Made by a program: the position numbers and the translations under genes. From NCBI GenBank assembly GCA_963678065.2, contig CAXXVZ010000003.1, positions 1,024,001 through 1,088,000 of the forward strand: a stretch of DNA of 64,000 nucleotides. The letters are read 5' to 3'. The DNA is from Treponemataceae bacterium (GTDB lineage: Bacteria > Spirochaetota > Spirochaetia > Treponematales > Rectinemataceae). Positions 57,153 through 64,000 of this stretch are shown here, in pieces (the stretch's first letter is position 1; the number at the start of each line of letters is the position of its first letter). The notes under the pieces were generated by a model. The model saw nothing but the letters and a program-made list of their open reading frames with translations, made no database searches and was not told the DNA's origin.

Positions 57153-57683
57153 ATGCGCCTGACAACGAAGGGGCGATATGCACTGCGTTCCGTCATCTGT
57201 CTGGCCCGACGCTCGTCGGGAGGCGCTCCCGTATCCATCCGGGATATCGCCGAAGAAGAACGGATTTCGGCGGATTTTCTCGAGCAGATTTTCTATCGCC
57301 TGCGCAGGAAAGGTATCGTCTCGTCGGTGCGCGGACCCGGCGGCGGATTCTACTTTTCCCGTCCCCTGGAATCGGTGAGCCTCTTTGACATCCTGGAGGC
57401 AGCCGAGGAGGGCTTCGAGTTCTCTCCCTGCATGGAAGAAGATGCCGTTCCCTGCGACAGGGAAGCGAGCTGCGCCGCGCGGCCGGTCTGGCAGGAACTT
57501 GACGCGCTGATCCGCGACTTCGCGCGGACAAGAAGCCTCGCGAGCCTCATTGAGCCACGGAGCCGCGATGGTTCTCCTGACTCTGCGAAAACGCCCCCTG
57601 ATTCCGCTGAAGCCGAGGCAGTCGGAGCAGGAATCTCAGCCCCTGCTGCCGGAACCGCCTCCGTTCACTCCGAATCCACGTAA
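57153..57683 (+). CDS. Rrf2 family transcriptional regulator (3-Cys)
   Basis: MRLTTKGRYA, LEQIF, SVRGPGGGF, C-x7-C-x5-C. Confidence 0.9.
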   Translation: MRLTTKGRYALRSVICLARRSSGGAPVSIRDIAEEERISADFLEQIFYRLRRKGIVSSVRGPGGGFYFSRPLESVSLFDILEAAEEGFEFSPCMEEDAVPCDREASCAARPVWQELDALIRDFARTRSLASLIEPRSRDGSPDSAKTPPDSAEAEAVGAGISAPAAGTASVHSEST

Positions 57684-59137
57684 CGCTCGAGTTCTTCCCT
57701 TCGCGCCGAATCCACGAGTCCCATGCCCTCACAGACCGCAAAGAGTTCCCTCACATGGGCGAAGGCGTGGAGTGCCACTCCGTTGGCCTCCATATCGGTT
57801 CTTCCCTGCTTTCCCCGCTCGATCAGCACGACGAGGTCTTCCACGACGAGACCTTCCCCCCGTAGGATGGCCAGGGCCTCGAGCTTGCTTGCGCCGGTGG
57901 TGATGAGATCGTCGAGCAGCAGGATGCGTTCGCCCGGGGCGTACTCGCCCTCGACGCGGTTGCCTGTCCCGTGTTCCTTCACCGGCATGCGGGGCCAGAT
58001 CATAGGGGAGCCTGTTTCAAGGCAGGCCGCCGTGGACAGCGGCAGGGCCGCCGCGGGAATGCCCGCGATTCTCGAGTAGGCTAGCCCCTCCGCGGCCCTG
58101 GCGTAGGCCTTTCCGGCCAGGGCGAGGGCCGCCGGATCGGAGACGAGGCGGCGCAGGTCGATGTAGAAGGGACTGCGCTTTCCGCTCTTGAGGATGAAAT
58201 CCCCGAGGCGGAAGCAGCCGGTTTGAATGAACGCGCGGAAAAGCTCTTCCTTGAGCGGGTCGGGGCCAGCAGGTCCGGAGTTGCCGCTGCCCGGGCTCGC
58301 GGCGGCCCGCCCGGCCTCTTCGCGGCGCTGCCGCATGAGCGCCTCGCGCGACGATTCGACAGTATCGCGCAGAGCCCTGGCCGCGGCGGCCGGGTCGGGG
58401 GCATCGGCCACCGAGCGGGCCGCCATCACGAGGACGCCGTATCCGTCGGCGCGGGCTCCCGCGGCCAGAGCTTCGTCGGCCTTTCCTCCCTGGGTTCCGA
58501 TTCCTGGAGCGAGAAACCAGGCAGAGGGCGCGACGGCGCGGACCTCGCGCAGGGCGGCCGGATCGTTGCCCGCGACGACGAGCCCCACTCTCTCCGACCA
58601 GGACGTGCACTCGCGGGCGACCCGGAGATGGAGGGATTCCGACCTGCCGCACACGCGCGTTTCCAGTCTCTGGAAAGCCGGCGAGCCGGGATTGCTCGTC
58701 TTGCAGAGCATAAAGACGGCGGCCCCTTCGTAGCGAAGGAATGGATCCGCCGAATCGCGCCCCATGTAGGGGCTCAGAGTGACCGCGAGGGCGTGGCCCC
58801 GGGACGAGAGCCTGCCGAGGATCGCTTGGGCGTAGGCCTCGGCAGTGGCATCGATGTCGCCCCGTTTTGCGTCGATGATGACGGGGATGTCGACGGGGAT
58901 GAGGGCGATCGTCGCCTCGAGGGCGCGGATGCCCTCAGGACCGTGGGCTTCGTAGAACGCCATGTTGGGCTTGAAGCACAGCGCGTAGGGAGCAGTCGCC
59001 TCGACGAGGCGCCGGTTGGCAGCCACTATCGCCGCAAAGGGATCGGGGGTCCCCGCGGGAAGGCGCGGGTCGAGTCCGACGCAGAGGCTCGTACCCTTCG
59101 ATCTGCAGAGCTCTTCAATCCTTTGCAAGAAACCCAT
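57665..59137 (-). CDS. pyrF: Fused orotidine-5'-phosphate decarboxylase / orotate phosphoribosyltransferase
   Basis: LCVGLDP, DAKRGDI..T, PGIGTQGG, then F.LKSG..SPFYIDLR, KEHG, LLDDLITTG. Confidence 0.92.
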   Translation of the reverse strand: MGFLQRIEELCRSKGTSLCVGLDPRLPAGTPDPFAAIVAANRRLVEATAPYALCFKPNMAFYEAHGPEGIRALEATIALIPVDIPVIIDAKRGDIDATAEAYAQAILGRLSSRGHALAVTLSPYMGRDSADPFLRYEGAAVFMLCKTSNPGSPAFQRLETRVCGRSESLHLRVARECTSWSERVGLVVAGNDPAALREVRAVAPSAWFLAPGIGTQGGKADEALAAGARADGYGVLVMAARSVADAPDPAAAARALRDTVESSREALMRQRREEAGRAAASPGSGNSGPAGPDPLKEELFRAFIQTGCFRLGDFILKSGKRSPFYIDLRRLVSDPAALALAGKAYARAAEGLAYSRIAGIPAAALPLSTAACLETGSPMIWPRMPVKEHGTGNRVEGEYAPGERILLLDDLITTGASKLEALAILRGEGLVVEDLVVLIERGKQGRTDMEANGVALHAFAHVRELFAVCEGMGLVDSARREELERYVDSE

Positions 59138-59335
59138 TTTTCATCCTCCGACGGCGCCAGCCCGAACCCGTCCACAGGTAATCCGGACAGGACTCGCCCT
59201 TTCTTCAGTCTTGCAGGGAGACTAACCCGCCGTGCCAATCTTCGTCCAGATGCCGTATTTCCCGTGCATTTCCACGCGCGATTATGTATACTTAAAAAAA
59301 CAAGAGGCCGAATGGCCCTCAGGAGGTCCGAGGAC

Positions 59336-60688
59336 ATGAAAAAAGCGATCACTATCCTCATCGCCATCCTTTTCGCGCTTCCGCTCTTCGCCCAGGATGC
59401 CGGCCTTTTGCCTGATTCCTCGTCGGGATTCCAGGCCGGCATCAATCTCGGCTCCGATGTTCTGCCCACAGGCACGGGCGGGGCTCTCGAGAGCTGGACA
59501 CACCTCGGATTCACGCCTGACTTCGCGATCGGGAAATTCGGCATCGGACTGGACCTCAACATACGGTTTCAGCTCTACTCTTCGTCGACCCAGCCATTCA
59601 GGATCTATGAGGGCGACTGGATCCCTCCTGCGGGAAAAACCGTGTTCGACCTCTATCTGCCTAAAATCCTCTATGTGCGCTACGGTCTGCGCGGGATTGA
59701 TCCTCTCTACGTCAAACTGGGTTCGATAAAAGATTTCACTCTGGGCAACGGCTTCGTGGTCGGGGACTACTCCAACATGCGATTCCTGCCGGAAACCCGC
59801 ATGTTCGGGACCCAGCTGGGGATCGACGGCAGCCTCTTCGGCTTCCCCTACGCGGGCGTCGAACTGCTCACCGGCAACCTCGCCCGCTTCGACGTCATGG
59901 GCGGCCGCTTCTACCTGCGCCCCCTCGCCGGCACCGGCATCCCCATCCTCAAGGCCATGCAGCTCGGCGTCACCGGCGTCGTCGACATCGATCCCTACCT
60001 CTACAACATGCCCGACGGAGCCCCCGCAGGCAGCCCTGTCATGGTGCTCGGAGGGGATGTCACGGCGCCCCTCATCAGCGGGAGCATCTTCTCCCTCACC
60101 GCCCACGTGGATGGCGCCTACGAGCCCAACACCTCCATGGGATTCTCCACGGGCGTAGGAGGAAGGCTGATCGGCGTCTTCACCTACGACGCGGGACTCC
60201 GTCTCCTGCAGAAGGGATTCATTCCGACCTACTTCGACGAGAACTACGACATCTACAGGGCCAACAGGTACATCGTCATGAAAACTGTGGCTCCGGGCGA
60301 TTTCGTCCCCGGATGGCTCGCCGGCCTCGGCACCAGCCTCTTCAAGGACAAACTTTTCTTCAAGGTAACCCTCGACGGCCCCTTCTCCCCTATCCCGGCC
60401 ACGTCGACCGATCTCCAGGCCGACTACCCGCACGGGAAGGCAGTGCTCGGGCTCGGCGAGGGTGTGATTCCCAACATCTCATTCAGAGCATCGTACGAGA
60501 AATACTTCATCGGCAGGAAAACTACCTTCATGGCTGACCTCGTCGATCCGACGGACGCGATGGTCGGTCTGGCCGTCAGCTACAGGATCGGAGCCGCCGT
60601 CCTGACGCTCCAGTACGATGCGGTCTGGAATCCGACCACATCCGCTTTCGATATCCATTCCAGTCTCTTTACTTCGGTCAAATTCTGA
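59336..60688 (+). CDS. Secreted beta-strand-rich protein, probable outer membrane beta-barrel (paralog 1)
   Basis: Signal peptide ending LFA, terminal Phe, shares KI.Y..YG...P..VK.G....T.G.G....Y.N with the next gene. Confidence 0.7.
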   Translation: MKKAITILIAILFALPLFAQDAGLLPDSSSGFQAGINLGSDVLPTGTGGALESWTHLGFTPDFAIGKFGIGLDLNIRFQLYSSSTQPFRIYEGDWIPPAGKTVFDLYLPKILYVRYGLRGIDPLYVKLGSIKDFTLGNGFVVGDYSNMRFLPETRMFGTQLGIDGSLFGFPYAGVELLTGNLARFDVMGGRFYLRPLAGTGIPILKAMQLGVTGVVDIDPYLYNMPDGAPAGSPVMVLGGDVTAPLISGSIFSLTAHVDGAYEPNTSMGFSTGVGGRLIGVFTYDAGLRLLQKGFIPTYFDENYDIYRANRYIVMKTVAPGDFVPGWLAGLGTSLFKDKLFFKVTLDGPFSPIPATSTDLQADYPHGKAVLGLGEGVIPNISFRASYEKYFIGRKTTFMADLVDPTDAMVGLAVSYRIGAAVLTLQYDAVWNPTTSAFDIHSSLFTSVKF

Positions 60689-60707
60689 CGGAAAACGGAG
60701 GCACACG

Positions 60708-62291
60708 ATGAAAAGGACCATATTGGCCGCATTCGCGGCGGCACTGATGCTTCCGGCTCTCCTGCCGGCCCAGACCCCCGGACCCGTGAGTCCCGGAGAG
60801 GCAGGAAGCATCATCGGTTCCGGACTCGGCAGCATGAGCGCGAAGGAGACCGGATCAGGCATCCTCAAGTGGTTCGGCGACATCATGGGCATGGAAGTCG
60901 GCACGATCATGATCAACGGCGTGAACTACTCCAAGCTCACCCTGACACCGGAAATCCGGATCGGCAGGCTCAAGCTCGGGCTCTACCTTCCGGTCATCTA
61001 CACCACGAACATCTTCGACCCCTCCGACTGGTACCATCCGGAAGGCAACGACGAGTGGTCCTTCGGCGGAGAATACTGGCAGACCGATCCTTACACGGCC
61101 GCGCTCGATGCCCTCTCCGACGTCGCGCTCAAGATCAAGTACCTCGAGTACGGCGAACAGCTCATCGATCCCTTCTTCGTCAAGATCGGCAATCTCGACA
61201 GCCTGACCATCGGGCATGGCCTTCTCATGAGCAACTACCGCAACAACACCGAGTTCCCGGCGGTCCGCAAGGTCGGATTCAACACGGGCATCGACTTAGG
61301 CGGTGCAGGTTTCGAGGCCCTCGTCAACGACCTCGCCCACCCGAGGCTCTTCGGCGCGAGACTCTACGTGAGGCCCATCCGCAACTTCAAGCTGGCCTTC
61401 GGCGCTTCGGCCGTCCTCGACACGAATCCGGGACGCGATCTCATCACGCCTCTCAACGATGTCGGCAACATGATGTTCCTGGGCGGCGGCCTCGACGCCG
61501 ACCTGCCCATCATCCAGGCAGGCGCTTTCTTCACCCTCAGGGTTTACGCGGGAGTCGCGGCGACCGTCCCCTGGGTCAGGGATGCCTTCGTCGGCCCCTC
61601 TGCCACGATCCAACCCGGACTCAAGTGGGATCTCGTCTGGAACAACGGCAAGCCCACCAACTGGGGCGCGTCCACCGGCCTCATGGGCAACATCCTCTTC
61701 CTGAAGTGGAAGGCCGAGTACCGCTACTTCACGGGACTCTTCAAGACTTCCTTCTTCGATTCACTCTACGAGAGAAACTCTGGCGTGGAGGCCCTGAACT
61801 ACGTGCCCTACCTGGACGGGACCAAGTCCATCGGAAACGCGCCGACATTCTCCGGCATCTTCGGCGAGGCCGGATTCGACATCTTCAAGGACAAGCTCGT
61901 CTTCACCGTCGGCTACCTGTGGCCCTTCACCCCTGGCCTCCCCATCACCACCTCCTCAGTCCTCGAAAACGACAAGCTCGAGGCCAGTCTCCGCGTGAAA
62001 AAGGGATTCATCCCCCTCATCGATGTCTCGGGAAGCGTGTATTACACGAGGCGGATGTTCGCGAAATCGATCCTGGACGGCGACTTCGCCTTCTTCGACA
62101 CGAATTCCATCCTGGCGGGCGAACTGGTTGTCCCCGTTCCCAAGACACCGAACCTCGATGTCGCTTTCATCTTCCAGACCGTGGTAGTGAGAGATGCGGA
62201 AGGCTTCGTGGTATACGTGGTTCCGCACGATCCGACCTCGGGCGTGAAAGTCAAACCGAGCATCGGCATCGAGACGCGGTACCATTTCTGA
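60708..62291 (+). CDS. Secreted beta-strand-rich protein, probable outer membrane beta-barrel (paralog 2)
   Basis: Signal peptide, terminal YHF, motifs shared with the upstream gene. Confidence 0.7.
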   Translation: MKRTILAAFAAALMLPALLPAQTPGPVSPGEAGSIIGSGLGSMSAKETGSGILKWFGDIMGMEVGTIMINGVNYSKLTLTPEIRIGRLKLGLYLPVIYTTNIFDPSDWYHPEGNDEWSFGGEYWQTDPYTAALDALSDVALKIKYLEYGEQLIDPFFVKIGNLDSLTIGHGLLMSNYRNNTEFPAVRKVGFNTGIDLGGAGFEALVNDLAHPRLFGARLYVRPIRNFKLAFGASAVLDTNPGRDLITPLNDVGNMMFLGGGLDADLPIIQAGAFFTLRVYAGVAATVPWVRDAFVGPSATIQPGLKWDLVWNNGKPTNWGASTGLMGNILFLKWKAEYRYFTGLFKTSFFDSLYERNSGVEALNYVPYLDGTKSIGNAPTFSGIFGEAGFDIFKDKLVFTVGYLWPFTPGLPITTSSVLENDKLEASLRVKKGFIPLIDVSGSVYYTRRMFAKSILDGDFAFFDTNSILAGELVVPVPKTPNLDVAFIFQTVVVRDAEGFVVYVVPHDPTSGVKVKPSIGIETRYHF

Positions 62292-62313
62292 TCCGGAACG
62301 GCAACGAGGCGAC

Positions 62314-64000
62314 ATGGCCCGCATCAAAGTGCTACCCCCCGAAACGGCCCGCCTCATCGCCGCCGGCGAGGTCATAGACCGCCCGGCGGCCGCGCTCCGC
62401 GAACTCCTCGACAACGCCCTCGATTCGGAAGCCTCCGAAATCGAGGTGCAGGTCGAGAACGGCGGAATCGGCCTTATCTGTGTGATCGACAATGGCCAGG
62501 GAATGGATCGCGAGGATCTGGCCATGTCGATCCTGCCCCACGCCACATCCAAAATCTCAAACGCAGATGACCTTCTCACCGCGAGGACCCTCGGTTTCAG
62601 GGGCGAAGCGCTCGCATCCATAGCGGCGGCCGCCAGGCTCGAAATCGTCTCGAAGCAAGCCGGATCGCCCGCGGCCGCCAGGCTCCTCGCCGGGCCGGGA
62701 ATGGAGACCTCGGTCCAGCCGGTCGCGGGGCGGCAGGGAACATCGGTCACGGTTTCGGGCATCTTCGAGCGCTATCCCGCCCGCAGGCAGTTTCTCAAGC
62801 GTCCCCAGTCCGAGGCGGCGCTCTGCCGCCAGATATTCGCGGACAAGGCCCTCGCCCACCCCCAGGTTCGCTTCCGCTGGATCTCCGGTTCGTCGCGCGA
62901 AACCGCGACGCCTCAATCCCGATCCCGCAGGGTCTGCGACTTCCATCCGGAGATCCCTTTCTCCCTCGTCCACGAGATCAGGTTCTCGGGTAAAGGCTTT
63001 TCCGGCGAGATCGTCCTCTGCGGTCCCTCCTTCCACCGCACAGACAGACGCCTCCTCCAGGTTTTCGTGAACCGCAGGCGCGTCCAGGAGTGGGGACTCT
63101 CGGGAGCGGTCGAGCACGCGTTCTCGGGCTATCTTCCGGGCGGCATGAGGCCCTGCGCCTTCGTCTTCGTGGAGGTCGACCCATCTCTCGCTGACTTCAA
63201 CATCCATCCGGCCAAGCGGGAAGTCCGGTTCAGGAATCCCGACGAGATCCGCCACGCGATCATTTCGGCCATCCAGTCTTTCCTCGCGAGTCTTGCCCGG
63301 ATTCATCCGGAAGAGACTAACCTCTACCGGAACCAGGATCTCGCCCTTGAAAACCTGACACCCGATTCCTGGCAAAGCCGCGGGGAAGACTGCGCGGAAG
63401 AGGGGTGGAAGACCGCCCCCGCCACTCCAGACGGCGTCGGATTGCCGCGCGCTCGCGAGCGCAGCTGGGAACCCGAGCACAGCTGGAAGGATTACCTGGG
63501 GGCGGGATCAAGCCTCTCTCCCTTTCCCCGGCAGACATCCCCCGCGCAGGAGCAGGTATTTGCGGACGGCGTGGAAGCCCCAGGAGAGACGGAAAAGGAC
63601 GGAAGACCTGGAGGACGAAGGTTCAGATACCTCGGACAGGCCCTCGGACCCTTCCTCATTTTCGAGCTCGATGGCTTTCTCTACCTCCTCGACCAGCACG
63701 CGGCCCACGAACGGATCCTCTACGACAGGCTCTGCGCGGGCAGCATCGAGGTCCAGCCTCTCCTCGTTCCCCACCTGCTCGAGCCCGAGGACGAGAACCG
63801 CGACCTCCTCATCGGAGAGATGCGGTCCGAACTCGGGGCCGCGGGCTTCGGGCTTGCCCGCAGCGACGGAGCGTGGATACTCGAGTCGGTCCCGTCCATA
63901 CTCGGGGACAAGGCCTTCGGCCTCCTCGCCGAGATCATCGCCGATGGCAGCCGGGACGCCTTCCGGGGCCTGCGCGCGACCATGGCGTGCAGGGCTGCCG
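62314..64000 (+). CDS. mutL: DNA mismatch repair protein MutL (3'-truncated by window; missing from ORF track)
   Basis: Manual translation: MARIKVLPP..IAAGEVIDRP..RELLDNALD, HATSK, LGFRGEAL, DFNIHPAKREV, DQHAAHER, MACRAA. Confidence 0.95.
   Translation, partial: MARIKVLPPETARLIAAGEVIDRPAAALRELLDNALDSEASEIEVQVENGGIGLICVIDNGQGMDREDLAMSILPHATSKISNADDLLTARTLGFRGEALASIAAAARLEIVSKQAGSPAAARLLAGPGMETSVQPVAGRQGTSVTVSGIFERYPARRQFLKRPQSEAALCRQIFADKALAHPQVRFRWISGSSRETATPQSRSRRVCDFHPEIPFSLVHEIRFSGKGFSGEIVLCGPSFHRTDRRLLQVFVNRRRVQEWGLSGAVEHAFSGYLPGGMRPCAFVFVEVDPSLADFNIHPAKREVRFRNPDEIRHAIISAIQSFLASLARIHPEETNLYRNQDLALENLTPDSWQSRGEDCAEEGWKTAPATPDGVGLPRARERSWEPEHSWKDYLGAGSSLSPFPRQTSPAQEQVFADGVEAPGETEKDGRPGGRRFRYLGQALGPFLIFELDGFLYLLDQHAAHERILYDRLCAGSIEVQPLLVPHLLEPEDENRDLLIGEMRSELGAAGFGLARSDGAWILESVPSILGDKAFGLLAEIIADGSRDAFRGLRATMACRAA

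Noticed and set aside
58223..59335. Apparent N-terminal extension of OMP paralog 1 (821-aa ORF)
   Set aside because: Antisense to pyrFE; signal peptide and RBS place the start at 59336

Overview
This is a GC-rich, gene-dense chromosomal window. Gene content and synteny (murD next to a degenerate GGDEF gene, miaB-SPOR next to a pallilysin-like gene, beta-barrel genes upstream of mutL) suggest an anaerobic, free-living spirochaete; this is inference. About 54 CDS cover cell wall (murD, murE, ddl), RNA metabolism (rnz, two DEAD-box helicases, miaB, TrmH, RlmK-like), folate/pterin (folD, folE2, queD, ftcD), potABCD, rocD, a GldAFG-like ABC module, a persulfide reductase plus rhodanese, a pyrF-pyrE fusion, rex, an Rrf2 regulator and mutL. 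I saw no rRNA, tRNA, CRISPR array or transposase. Main observations: (1) about 12 first-in-operon genes have a sigma70-like -10 box 6-10 nt before the start codon and no Shine-Dalgarno, suggesting pervasive leaderless mRNAs. (2) A molybdo/tungsto-enzyme island (fdhA-mobA, then a Moco RNA motif ahead of ydhY-ydhV-ydhW-fdhD-tatA-tatC) carries its own minimal Tat translocase. (3) A candidate ~72-nt sRNA upstream of rex exposes an anti-SD sequence in its terminator loop. (4) The CoADR-rhodanese fusion has lost its rhodanese Cys and sits beside an intact stand-alone rhodanese. (5) Many enzymes carry in-frame low-complexity or tandem-repeat insertions. All calls come from reading the sequence by eye; no database searches were run.
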